Origin: Gemmatimonadota bacterium
Lineage (GTDB): Bacteria; Gemmatimonadota; Gemmatimonadetes; Gemmatimonadales; GWC2-71-9
Direction of reading: 5' to 3'
Length of the DNA: 64,000 nt
Assembly (NCBI GenBank): GCA_016874005.1
Contig: VGVQ01000009.1
Location: forward strand, 74,158 to 138,157
A program made the position numbers and the translations under genes. This document shows, in pieces, positions 33,917 through 42,905 of this stretch. Position 1 is the stretch's first letter. Every line of letters begins with the position of its first letter. The notes under the pieces were generated by a model that saw only the letters and a program-made list of their open reading frames with translations, was not told where the DNA came from and did not search any database.

Positions 33917-33931
33917 TCGCGGCGCGGGAGC

Positions 33932-34192
33932 CTAGTGACGGAGCCCGAGATCGTTGATCAGGGCTCGGTACGTCGTGAGATCGGTATTTCGCAGATACGT
34001 CAAGAGGCGGCGTCGCTGGCCGACCATCTTGAGCAACCCCCGCCGACCGTGATGGTCTTTCGGATGGGTCCGAAAGTGGTCGGTGAGCGAGTTGATCCGT
34101 TCCGTCAGGAGTGCAACCTGAACCTTGGTAGACCCGGTGTCCGTTTCGTGGCGGCCGTGCTTGGTCATCACGGCGGGCTTGTCATACCCCAT
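33932..34192 (-). CDS. rpsO: 30S ribosomal protein S15
   Basis: The 86-aa product contains [49 protein letters not shown]. Confidence 0.95.
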   Translation of the reverse strand: MGYDKPAVMTKHGRHETDTGSTKVQVALLTERINSLTDHFRTHPKDHHGRRGLLKMVGQRRRLLTYLRNTDLTTYRALINDLGLRH

Positions 34193-34256
34193 GTCTTCTC
34201 GTCCTCAGCTTCCGTCTTTGCCGACGCGTCTGGCCCGTAAGTGTTTGTAGCCCACA

Positions 34257-34285
34257 ATAATAGGGTCCCTCGACCCGGCTGACAA
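34257..34285 (-). promoter_or_regulatory. candidate sigma70-type promoter for rpsO-pnp
   Basis: The minus strand reads TTGTCA-17 nt-TATTAT, about 65 nt upstream of the rpsO ATG. Confidence 0.4.
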
Positions 34286-34430
34286 GGGCCGCAAATTCCG
34301 GCTGCCCGGGGCCACCAGGACCGCCCAGGGTTGCCAGTCGGGCAGCCAAACGGCGTTTGGCGGGGTCGCTTGACAGCGGCGGTCGCCGGCCTGAGTGTTC
34401 GCCCTCCCCTTCGGTCCGCCGAGGTTCTCC

Positions 34431-35378
34431 ATGCGGCTTCGTTGCTCGGCAATCATCGGCCTGGCCCTGGTATCGGCACCGACCGCGCTCCCGGCCCAAC
34501 CGGCGCAGCGAGCGGTGTTGGTCACCGGCGCGAGCAGCGGCATCGGTCGGAAGGTCACCGAGCTGCTGGCGTCGCGCGGGTTTTTCGTCTACGCCACGGC
34601 CCGCAAGCCGGAGGATCTCGCGGCGCTCGATCGAATCCCGAACGTCAAATCGATCCGGCTGGACGTGACGGCGCCGGCCGAGATCGCCGCGGCGGTGGAG
34701 GCGGTCCGGCAGGGCGGGCGCGGTCTGTATGGGCTCGTCAACAACGCCGGCGGCGCCATCGTCGGCCCGCTGATCGAGCACGAAGAAACCGAGATGGCGT
34801 GGCAGTTCGACGTCAACGTGTACGGACCGTGGCGATTGGTCAAAGCGTTCGCGCCGATGCTGATCGAATCGAAGGGGAGGATCACCAACATCAGCTCGGT
34901 GTCCGGGGTCCTCTCCGGTCCGATGTTGGGGGCTTACAGCATGACCAAACACGCCCTCGAGGCGTTCACCGACGCGTTAGGCGCCGAGATGGCCAGATTC
35001 GGGGTGGTGGTCAACGCGGTGGAGCCGGGCAACTACCGCTCGGAAGCCGGCCGGGCCGCCCTCTCCCGGCTGGGCGACGTCGAGGCCCGGGCAGCCCGGT
35101 CGCGGTACCCGAACGAGATCCGGGCGTTGGGCCGCAACATCTCCGGTTACGACCAGTACGCCGAACCGATCGACGTCGCCGAAGCGGTCTATCACGCGCT
35201 CCACGCGCCGACACCGAAGGCGCGATACCTGGTGACCACCGCGGGTCGGGGGATGGAGCGAGTGGCCGAGAAATCACTCGAGGAACTGGTCCAGCTCAAC
35301 CAAGGCCATCGGTTCACCATTGGCCGCGACTCGCTGGTGACGCTGTTGGATGCCGCCCTCAAGCGGGTGGCGCCCTGA
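34431..35378 (+). CDS. short-chain dehydrogenase/reductase with N-terminal signal-like peptide
   Basis: It has the classical SDR motifs VLVTGASSGIG, NNAG and YSMTKHA (YxxxK). The N-terminus MRLRCSAIIGLALVSAPTALPAQP looks like a Sec signal or membrane anchor. The ATG at 34395 is an alternative start. Confidence 0.75.
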   Translation: MRLRCSAIIGLALVSAPTALPAQPAQRAVLVTGASSGIGRKVTELLASRGFFVYATARKPEDLAALDRIPNVKSIRLDVTAPAEIAAAVEAVRQGGRGLYGLVNNAGGAIVGPLIEHEETEMAWQFDVNVYGPWRLVKAFAPMLIESKGRITNISSVSGVLSGPMLGAYSMTKHALEAFTDALGAEMARFGVVVNAVEPGNYRSEAGRAALSRLGDVEARAARSRYPNEIRALGRNISGYDQYAEPIDVAEAVYHALHAPTPKARYLVTTAGRGMERVAEKSLEELVQLNQGHRFTIGRDSLVTLLDAALKRVAP

Positions 35379-35400
35379 CGGCTCCAATCGGACTACTTGG

Positions 35401-36510
35401 TCACCGACTGGCCCGCCATGCCGCCAGCACCTCGGCCTCCTTGGCCGCCGTGATTCCCGCCCGCAGCCGCTCTTGCCGCTCCGGCGTTTGGGCGTGATAG
35501 AAGTCGAGGGTGTCCTTCGCGGTGACGGCCAGGGACCGGAAGGTCAGACCCAGCGCGATCTCTGGTGAAATGTCGAATCGGGCGAACCCGGCCCGGTTGC
35601 CTTTGGACGGCATCCAGACCGGCATTTCCTGATAGGGCCGAACCTGGTGCTTCTCCAGGAACTCGGCGTCGACCCAGGTAAACCTGGCGTCGGAGGTGGT
35701 CACCGCTTTGATCCCATGCAGCAACTCGGCGAAGCTCCGTGGTTGCTTCGGTCCCAGCCCGTTGTAGGTGCCCGTGGTCCCCATCTCGGCCAGACGGATC
35801 ATCCACTCGCAGATGTCGCGGGCATCGATGAACTGAACCCAGTCGGTCCCGTCGCCGGGCGCCAGCACCTCCCCACCCTTCTCGATTCGGACTGGCCAAT
35901 AGGTGAACCGGTCGGTCAGATCGCCGGGACCGACGATCAACGAGGCGCGCACGATGCAGTGGTTGTCGGGAAAGTACTTACGGACGACACCCTCGGAGAG
36001 GGCTTTGGCGAGGCAATACGGCAGCGGTCTTCCCGCCTCCACGGGGGTGTTCTCCCGGGTGCAGACCGGGGCGTCGACGGTCATCGGCACCCGGCTGGTG
36101 TCGAAATAGACCGATCGGGTCGAGGTGAAGATGTAGCGTTTGACGGCCTTCTGCAGCAGGCTGGCCGACCGCTCGACCCAAGTCGGGTCGGTCGCCGAAT
36201 TGTCGAGCACGACGTCCCACTCTCGACCTTCGAGTGACTTCAAGTCGCTGGCCCGATCGCCGACGAGCTTCTCGGCGTCCGGGAAGAGGCCGGGATTGGT
36301 TCGGCCCCGGTTGAAGATGCTCACCTTGTGGCCGCGGTCGAGGGCGTACTGAACGTGGTAGGGACCGATGAAACCGGTGCCGCCCAGAATCAGAATCCTG
36401 AGGGGCGCCCGGCGCGGCCGGGAGAAGATACTGAGGCGGTGGCCCCCGAGCCCGAGACCGGTGCCACCGATTGCCGCCAATTTCACGAAATCCCGCCGTC
36501 CGGTCGTCAT
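35401..36510 (-). CDS. NAD(P)-binding epimerase/dehydratase-family protein with twin-arginine signal
   Basis: The N-terminus MTTGRRDFVKLAAIGG is a Tat motif. It is followed by the Rossmann motif ILILGGTGFIGPY. GAAGGGA lies about 10 nt upstream of the ATG at 36510. A GTG at 36528 (GTGA overlap with the dipeptidase stop) is an alternative start. Confidence 0.7.
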   Translation of the reverse strand: MTTGRRDFVKLAAIGGTGLGLGGHRLSIFSRPRRAPLRILILGGTGFIGPYHVQYALDRGHKVSIFNRGRTNPGLFPDAEKLVGDRASDLKSLEGREWDVVLDNSATDPTWVERSASLLQKAVKRYIFTSTRSVYFDTSRVPMTVDAPVCTRENTPVEAGRPLPYCLAKALSEGVVRKYFPDNHCIVRASLIVGPGDLTDRFTYWPVRIEKGGEVLAPGDGTDWVQFIDARDICEWMIRLAEMGTTGTYNGLGPKQPRSFAELLHGIKAVTTSDARFTWVDAEFLEKHQVRPYQEMPVWMPSKGNRAGFARFDISPEIALGLTFRSLAVTAKDTLDFYHAQTPERQERLRAGITAAKEAEVLAAWRASR

Positions 36511-36524
36511 GGGGAGAGGTCCCT

Positions 36525-37799
36525 TCACCGAGAATCGCTGGTCTTGCCGCCACGGTCCAGCTTGTCGATGGTCGCCGTCGAGGGGCGTCGTTCCTTCTGG
36601 AGCCGCCGGGCGACCGACTCGTTTTGCCGGAGCACACGGAGGATGTTCCGGCCCGACAGTTTCATCAAGTCGGTGTCTGACCAGCCTCGCCGGATCAACT
36701 CGGCGAACAAATCCGGGAAGGTCGAGACGTCCTCCAAGCCCTTGGGCATGTCGTCGCTGCCGTAGAAGTCGCTCCCGACCCCGACATGGTCGACCCCCGC
36801 CACCTTGCGGACGTGCTCGATGTGATCAGCGACGTGTCGTAAGGTCGCCACCGGCCGCGGGTGGGTTCGGGCGTAGTCGGCCCGAATGCGCTCGGCGTCG
36901 ACCAGCGAGGGGTTCCCCTTGGTCAACTCGCGCACCGCCAGGTCCCAGTCGGCCACGGCTTGGGAGACGAAGGCCGGGATGAAGGTCACCATCACCACGC
37001 CGCCGTTCGCCTTCATCCGGGCGAGCACGTCGTCCGGCACATTGCGGGGGTGATTGGTCAAGGCCTTGGCCGAGGAGTGGGAGAACATCACCGGGGCCTC
37101 GGTCACGTCGAGCGCGTCGTGCATGACCTTCGGGGTGACGTGCGAGATGTCGACGACCATGCCGAGTCGATTCATCTCCCGGACGACCTCTTTGCCGAAC
37201 GGGGTCAGACCGTTGTGCCGCGGGACATCGAGGGCCGCGTCGGCCCAATCGAGGGTCACGTTGTGGGTGAGAGTCATGTACCGGACGCCGAGCCGGGCGA
37301 AGATCCGAAGGGCGCCTAACGAATTCTCGATGGCGTGGCCCCCCTCCATCCCGATGAACGACCCGATCTTGCCGGCCTGGAACGCCTGGTTCGCCTGGGC
37401 CGCGGTGGTCACCCATTGGAGCGCCTCGGGATAGCGCTCGATCACCCGGCGGGCGATGTCGATCTGCTCGAGCTGGACCCGGGCGTACCCCGAGTCCTTG
37501 ATCTCGCCGGGGATGTACACCGACCAGAACTGGGCCCCGACTTGTCCCTTCCGGAGCCGCCCCAGGTCGGTATCGCCCTTGGCGCGCTTGCGGAGGTCTC
37601 GGGCATCGACGTCCCCGGGCGCCTCGGCGTCCTCCCGAATCACGAAGGGCAGGTCGTTGTGGCTGTCGACGAGCGGGGAGGCCCTGAGAATCCGGCGGGC
37701 CCGCTCGAGGGCCGGGTCGGGTTGGGCCGCGACGAGGTCGACAACGAGTCCGGCGATGCCGGCCCCGAGACAGACGGTCCGAATCACGATGATCCCCAT
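36525..37799 (-). CDS. membrane dipeptidase (peptidase M19 family)
   Basis: A hydrophobic N-terminal signal is followed by PLVDSHNDLPF, a TIM-barrel metallo-dipeptidase pattern (HVTP, FSHSS) and a C-terminal GSDFYG. Confidence 0.85.
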   Translation of the reverse strand: MGIIVIRTVCLGAGIAGLVVDLVAAQPDPALERARRILRASPLVDSHNDLPFVIREDAEAPGDVDARDLRKRAKGDTDLGRLRKGQVGAQFWSVYIPGEIKDSGYARVQLEQIDIARRVIERYPEALQWVTTAAQANQAFQAGKIGSFIGMEGGHAIENSLGALRIFARLGVRYMTLTHNVTLDWADAALDVPRHNGLTPFGKEVVREMNRLGMVVDISHVTPKVMHDALDVTEAPVMFSHSSAKALTNHPRNVPDDVLARMKANGGVVMVTFIPAFVSQAVADWDLAVRELTKGNPSLVDAERIRADYARTHPRPVATLRHVADHIEHVRKVAGVDHVGVGSDFYGSDDMPKGLEDVSTFPDLFAELIRRGWSDTDLMKLSGRNILRVLRQNESVARRLQKERRPSTATIDKLDRGGKTSDSR

Positions 37800-38001
37800 G
37801 GGAGAATGCGGCTAGTAATCATACGCCATGTCCCACCGGCCCGGCAGGGCCGCCTTGTCGATCCCGGTGGGCCGCTCGCCGGCGCGATGAGCCCAACACC
37901 GACGACGGCGACGACTTCCTCGACAGCGACCGCTTGCGCTGGTGCCCCTTGGCTGTACCTTGGGCTGGGAGACCGATTTTCGGCCAACAGGGAGCCGGCG
38001 C

Positions 38002-38895
38002 ATGACCGAGCGGGCCTCGATCACGGCGATCGTCGCGACCTACAACGAAGAGCGAAACATCGAGGCGTGCCTCGCCAGTTTGGCCTGGTGCGACGAGATC
38101 ATCGTCGTCGATTCCCACTCCACCGATCGGACGCCGGCGCTGGCGAGGGCCCACTCCAAGGTTCGCTTCTTTCAGCGCGAGTACCTCGGCGATGGCTCCC
38201 AACGGAACTGGGCGATCAACCAAGCCACCACCGAGTGGATCATGGTGCTCGACTCCGACGAGCGCTGTCCGCCCGAACTAGCGGCCGAGATCGACGGTTT
38301 GCTGCGGTCGACTCCCGTCGCCAACGCGTTCACCATTCGGCGGCGCACCTACGTGCTCGGCAAACAACTCCGGTACTCCGGCTGGCAGAACGACCGAGTG
38401 GTCCGCCTCGCTCGGCGAGCGCTGGCTCGGTATACCCGGCTTCGGGTCCACGCCAAGCTCGAGGCATCCGGTCCCTCGCCGGTCCTCGGGCATGCCATCG
38501 ATCATCACATGGTCGATTGCTTTCACGACTACGTCCTTCGGATCAACCGGTATGGCTACTGGGGAGCCGCGCAGAGCTGGCGCGACGGCGTCGGGCAGTC
38601 CCTGCCCGGCATCCTGATTCGACCGCCGTGGCGGTTCGTTCGCACCTATCTGCTCCAGCTGGGGTTCCTCGATGGCATCAGGGGCCTGGCGTTCTGCATC
38701 CTGCAGGCCTACGCCACCTACCTGAAGTGGGCATTGCTCTGGAGCTGGCATGCCAACGCCAAGCGTGGTATCGCCCCCCCGCTCCCCCGCTTCGACGAGG
38801 ATCCGGCCGTCTGGCGGGGAACGGCCGACCACGCCAGTCGGCTCGCAGCCAAACCCTCGTCCCGCACCTCGGCGCTCCCGGCCCCGAACCAATAG
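38002..38895 (+). CDS. family 2 glycosyltransferase
   Basis: The product contains ITAIVATYNEERNIEACLASL, EIIVVDSHSTD and LDSDE (DxD), indicating a GT-A fold. The ATG at 38002 lies inside the 37942 ORF. Confidence 0.8.
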   Translation: MTERASITAIVATYNEERNIEACLASLAWCDEIIVVDSHSTDRTPALARAHSKVRFFQREYLGDGSQRNWAINQATTEWIMVLDSDERCPPELAAEIDGLLRSTPVANAFTIRRRTYVLGKQLRYSGWQNDRVVRLARRALARYTRLRVHAKLEASGPSPVLGHAIDHHMVDCFHDYVLRINRYGYWGAAQSWRDGVGQSLPGILIRPPWRFVRTYLLQLGFLDGIRGLAFCILQAYATYLKWALLWSWHANAKRGIAPPLPRFDEDPAVWRGTADHASRLAAKPSSRTSALPAPNQ

Positions 38896-38902
38896 GCGCC
38901 CG

Positions 38903-39691
38903 ATGAGGGTTCCCCTGGTACTCAACCGGCGCACCGGAACGGCGCCGGTCCTGGTCCACGCGCCGGGGACCGACCGTGAGAGTCCGTGGTGGCTGCCGAT
39001 TCGCCGCCGGGTTTTCGAGGAGCCGGGCCGGCATGAGGTGCCACCCGGCCTCGCGCTTCTTACCTACAATTCCGGTCATCCCAACGAAATTCTCAGCCGA
39101 CGGGGCCACGGTCTGGGATGGTTCGAGCGGTCCCTGGAGCAGGCCGGTTTGCCGTATGTCGTCCTCGGCCAGGGCCTTAGATCCGAGTGGCGCAATCGCC
39201 TGAAATTGGAGCTGACCCTCGACTTTCTGCGGCGGACCGCGGCCCAAATGGTGCTCGGCGCCGACTCCTCCGACGTGCTCCTGGTTGGCGACCCCGCGCG
39301 GCTCGTCGCCCGCCTCTCCACCACCCCGGACCGGGTTCTCTTCAACGCCGAGAAGCGGCCCTGGCCGCGCGAGGCCCGAGAGGTCTTTCGGTTCGAACGG
39401 ACGGTTGCCCGAGGACCGTTTCGATACCTCAACAGCGGCCTTTGGCTCGGGCGCCGAGAACCCCTCATCGCCGCGTTCGAATGCGCGGCCCGATGGGCTG
39501 GCCGATTGACCGCCAAGCCGGATTCGGATCAGATCTGCTGGAAGTACGCCTACCGTGAGTTGTATCCGGCCATCGAGGTCGACACGACGTGCTCGGTCTT
39601 TCAGTGCCTCAACGACGTCGGCCCGGAACTCGAGGTCGCCGGTGTCCGGTGGCCGCGGCTATCCTGGCTGACCGGCCGCCTGCCGCAATAG
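38903..39691 (+). CDS. hypothetical protein, possibly a GT-A-like nucleotide-sugar transferase
   Basis: The 262-aa product starts 8 nt after the GT2 stop. The motifs GADSSDVLLVG and FRYLNSGLWLG resemble the DxD and LNSG motifs of LH3/PLOD-type glycosyltransferase domains. This is my recollection, not a search result. Confidence 0.4.
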   Translation: MRVPLVLNRRTGTAPVLVHAPGTDRESPWWLPIRRRVFEEPGRHEVPPGLALLTYNSGHPNEILSRRGHGLGWFERSLEQAGLPYVVLGQGLRSEWRNRLKLELTLDFLRRTAAQMVLGADSSDVLLVGDPARLVARLSTTPDRVLFNAEKRPWPREAREVFRFERTVARGPFRYLNSGLWLGRREPLIAAFECAARWAGRLTAKPDSDQICWKYAYRELYPAIEVDTTCSVFQCLNDVGPELEVAGVRWPRLSWLTGRLPQ

Positions 39692-40804
39692 GGCACTGAG
39701 TGATCGGGCGGCGCCACTCCAAGTGTGGTGCAGGCGGGCGGCGTCACGGCAGCGGGCGCCGACCGCATCGCGGTGCTCGGGGCGGCTCAGCAGATCGGCA
39801 ACCAGCGACGCGAAGGGTTCGGGCCGATCGGCGATCAGCGGAGCGGCCGCCTCTTCCACCAAGCCGTTGGCCGCGATCGAGGTCATCACGACCGGACAGC
39901 CAGCGGCCCACGCCTCGAGCACCTTGTTCTTGATCCCGGTCCCAGTCCGCATCGGCGCGACCGCGACCCAGGCTCGGCCCAGGACGTCGACCATGTCGTC
40001 GGGGTCGGCCTGAACCTCGATGTCCGGCGCTCTCAGCCTCTTGACCTTGTCGCTCGGTCGGCGGCCGGCGATGACCAAACGGGCTCGGGGAACGCTGGCT
40101 CGCACCAGCGGCCAAATGGTCCGTACCAGGAACCGGGCGGCGTCGACGTTCGGCGGGTAGTCGAGGGTTCCCGTAAAGACGACGGTTGGGGCTGGCGCTC
40201 TGGGCGGGAGCGATGCTGGGATGCCGACGCCGTTCGGGATGACCACCACGGATCGCCCGCCGAGACGCCCGAGAAACCGGGCGTCGGCGGGGCCCGATGC
40301 CACGGTTGCGGCTGCCAAACGAACCAGCCGCCGCTCGTACCAGGCGTAGCGGGCTGCCCGCAGGAGCGTGGTCGGCGACCGGCGGAGGCCCCGGAGGCGT
40401 TCCAGCGTGGCCGAATCACAACGGTCGATAACCACGGGGACGCCCGCGGCGAGCGCGGGGAGCAGAAACTCGGCACCGGGCCACAGGAGGGCGGCAGCCG
40501 GCCTATCGCCCTCGAGCAACTCGACCACGGTCCTCGCGAGGGCGGCCCGGGACGGTCCGCTCCCGGGCGGCGGGACTGGGCTCAGTTGGCAGTCGGATTC
40601 CACTTCGATCAGGCGGTGGAGAGGAACTGGAGCCGGGGGCCTGGGTGCCTCGGCGGCGCCACCATCGGTTCGACTTCGGGGGGCGCAGACGACCAGGTCG
40701 ATTTCCCAGTCATTGGCCAACGCCTCCAGAAAGCGCGCCGCCCGGAGCGCAAGCCCGCCCTCGGTCGGCCATGGCGGCACCGTGCTCACCGCGAGCAGTC
40801 TCAA
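39659..40804 (-). CDS. GT-B glycosyltransferase (GT1/GT4-like)
   Basis: The TTG at 40804 gives (M)RLLAVSTVPPWPTEGG, a typical GT4 N-terminus, and overlaps the sulfotransferase stop (TTGA). The C-terminal motifs GTGIKNKVLEAWAAGCPVV are present. The upstream part of the 559-aa ORF overlaps the sulfotransferase gene and is rejected. Confidence 0.75.
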   Translation of the reverse strand: MRLLAVSTVPPWPTEGGLALRAARFLEALANDWEIDLVVCAPRSRTDGGAAEAPRPPAPVPLHRLIEVESDCQLSPVPPPGSGPSRAALARTVVELLEGDRPAAALLWPGAEFLLPALAAGVPVVIDRCDSATLERLRGLRRSPTTLLRAARYAWYERRLVRLAAATVASGPADARFLGRLGGRSVVVIPNGVGIPASLPPRAPAPTVVFTGTLDYPPNVDAARFLVRTIWPLVRASVPRARLVIAGRRPSDKVKRLRAPDIEVQADPDDMVDVLGRAWVAVAPMRTGTGIKNKVLEAWAAGCPVVMTSIAANGLVEEAAAPLIADRPEPFASLVADLLSRPEHRDAVGARCRDAARLHHTWSGAARSLSALLRQAAGQPG

Positions 40805-41751
40805 TCGAGGTACCCCGCCCGGCGCATGACTGGGCGGAAGGCCGTCTCGATCGCCGAGATCGCCGGCGCCGATAATTCCTCGCGCCACCCCTCGGTGCCC
40901 CCGATCCGAACGAAACGGCCAGGTCCTTTGGCCCGGTTGAGATAGGCCTCGGCACCATGACGATCCTCGAGGTTCCGCATCGCCTCGAAGGCCCCGCGCG
41001 AGACCGCTCTCGCGAAATCCGCCGGCGAGCGATCCAGCGCGATGAAGCTGGCGACGTTCCGGAGCACGGCCTCCCGATCGGCGGCCATCTCTTCGTACCG
41101 CACCACCAGGATCCGCCCGGTCCGGCCGGCTTCGTCCAGGACGCTCGCGACCTGCCGGTCCCACCGCACCAGGTCGCTGTTCCAGTGGCGGAACAAACCC
41201 CGTCCGGCGAGATACTGCTCCAGAAACGCGTCGAACTCGGTTGTCAGGTCCCCGCGAACCGTCCGATACATTTGCCACAGCGAGGGCAGCACCGCCCGCG
41301 GGTCGCGAACGAGGTAGATGATCCTGGGATACCGGCACCAGTATCGGGGATACTCGTTGCGAAAAGTCCGGGGATCTCGGAGGTGGCCGAACCGTCGGAT
41401 CCGGTCATCGCGACCGTGGACGAACGGAACGAACTGCCCGACGTTGGCCAAGGTGACTCGGTCGGCCCGATCGCGCTCGATCAGGACCGCGAGCATGTAG
41501 GCCAGCCAGGTATTGCCCGACTTCGGATGGCCGACGAGAAAGGTGTCGGTCGGCCGCAAGGCGGCGTCGAACCGGGGGGCCAACAACCGGGTCCGGAGCC
41601 GGTAATACCCCAGCTGGCGTTTGAGGTCACGCCACCAGCCAGAGGCGATCCGAGCGACCGTCATCCGAGTTGGTCGGCGAGAAAGGAGTTGCCGAGCGAG
41701 ACGAAACCATCGCCGAACTCCCCTCGGCGAACTCGCCCAAAATTGTCCCAC
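40801..41751 (-). CDS. PAPS-dependent sulfotransferase-domain protein
   Basis: It has the 5'-PSB motif GHPKSGNTWLAY and a 3'-PB-like segment ILVVRYEEMAAD. The length fits cytosolic-type sulfotransferases. Confidence 0.75.
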   Translation of the reverse strand: MGQFWASSPRGVRRWFRLARQLLSRRPTRMTVARIASGWWRDLKRQLGYYRLRTRLLAPRFDAALRPTDTFLVGHPKSGNTWLAYMLAVLIERDRADRVTLANVGQFVPFVHGRDDRIRRFGHLRDPRTFRNEYPRYWCRYPRIIYLVRDPRAVLPSLWQMYRTVRGDLTTEFDAFLEQYLAGRGLFRHWNSDLVRWDRQVASVLDEAGRTGRILVVRYEEMAADREAVLRNVASFIALDRSPADFARAVSRGAFEAMRNLEDRHGAEAYLNRAKGPGRFVRIGGTEGWREELSAPAISAIETAFRPVMRRAGYLD

Positions 41752-42144
41752 TTCGTCATCGCTCCGAACGGGCGGTCAGGCTACGTCGCCAACGAGAAAT
41801 CGAACTCGCTGACGGGTTTCGCGATCGACCCCAACAGCGGTGCTCTGCGGGAACTCCCTGGTTCTCCCTACCCGGCCGGCCGACGACCGATCTGGCCGGC
41901 CATCGACCCTCGCGGGGCGACCCTGCTGGTGGCAAACCGCGAATCCGCTAACCTCTCGGTGTGGCGGATCGACCAGGCCACCGGTGTCCTCGAGCCCCAG
42001 CCGGGGGGACCGCTGCCGGCGGGCCACCGGCCCCGCGCGGTCACCCTGACGCCATCAGGAGCCTTCGGGTACCTCCTCAACGAGGGAGACGGAACGATCT
42101 CGGGCTATTGGCTCGAGTCTGGGCGGGTCTCCCGGATCTGTTGA
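41749..42144 (+). pseudogene. C-terminal remnant of a 7-bladed beta-propeller lactonase (about 131 codons, no start codon)
   Basis: The translation HFVIAPNGRSGYVANEKSNSLTGFAIDPNSGAL...IDPRGATLLVANRESANLSVWRIDQATGVL...LTPSGAFGYLLNEGDGTISGY shows about three lactonase-type blades. Similarity begins exactly where the divergent sulfotransferase gene starts. The upstream part of the ORF is antisense to that gene. The 3' 90 nt overlap the convergent CDP-alcohol transferase gene. Confidence 0.5.
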
Positions 42145-42753
42145 CTCTCGGGTCAGTACGTGGGCGCGCACCCCGTGCGCGACGACGGGGGCACCGCGGA
42201 CCAAGCAGAACGCCAGCGCGATCCACCCGGTAATCTGGAAGAGCTCGAGAAGGCCGCCTCCCAGGCGAGTCAGCTCCGGGGAGGCGAAGCCGACCAGCGC
42301 GTGCGCCAGTGCCAGTCCGCAGAAGCTCGCCGTTTTGGCGACGGCGTACCCTGTCCGCATCGCGGTCGATCCGACGATGAACCGGCCCAGGGCCGTGCGA
42401 TGTTGGGCGAACGGAGCCACCCCCTGCCCCACCTCCACGCTCCTGAGCGCGTCGGTGAGGGCGGTCCGCCCGACCACGACCAACGGGATGACGATCGAGA
42501 TCAGGTCAAGGTGGGCGAAGGTAACCCAGAGCACCAGCTCATAGGTGCGGTCCGCCGCGATGTCGAGGACGCTGCCGAACACGCTCGTCGACCCGTAACG
42601 CCGAGCCACCACGCCGTCCACCGTGTCGAGCATCAACCCGAAGAACAGCAGAGCCACCGCGGCCAGCCGGACAGGCGGCGAACCGAAGTACAAGATCAAG
42701 ACATTGACGACGAGTAACGGGAACCGCGACAGGGTGATCCAATTGGCCAGCAA
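42055..42753 (-). CDS. CDP-alcohol phosphatidyltransferase-family protein
   Basis: The motif DTVDGVVARRYGSTSVFGSVLDIAAD (DGx2ARx8Gx3Dx3D) is present and the protein is polytopic. The substrate alcohol is unknown. Confidence 0.75.
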   Translation of the reverse strand: MLANWITLSRFPLLVVNVLILYFGSPPVRLAAVALLFFGLMLDTVDGVVARRYGSTSVFGSVLDIAADRTYELVLWVTFAHLDLISIVIPLVVVGRTALTDALRSVEVGQGVAPFAQHRTALGRFIVGSTAMRTGYAVAKTASFCGLALAHALVGFASPELTRLGGGLLELFQITGWIALAFCLVRGAPVVAHGVRAHVLTRESTDPGDPPRLEPIARDRSVSLVEEVPEGS

Positions 42754-42905
42754 GTTGACCGACCGGTTGATGACGCCTCAACAGAAGCATCTGGCCGTGA
42801 CCTGCCGGTGACTCCGGCCCGAAACTCCGCCGGCACCCATGCCAGCCGGCCGCATGACGCCCGCTCCAAGGGCGGCAGCACCGCCCGCCAGGGTGGGCGG
42901 CGCTC

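Noticed and set aside
34286-34430. A plus-strand TTGACA at about 34368-34373 as a promoter for the SDR gene.
   Set aside because: The -35 hexamer is perfect, but no acceptable -10 follows at 16-19 nt (GAGTGT at best). The evidence is too weak to call.
40957-41748. The first ~264 codons of the 395-aa plus-strand ORF 40957-42144.
   Set aside because: This part is antisense to the sulfotransferase gene, which has clear PAPS-binding motifs. It is low-complexity (Arg/Pro/Gly-rich). Only the last ~131 codons show family-like (lactonase) sequence.
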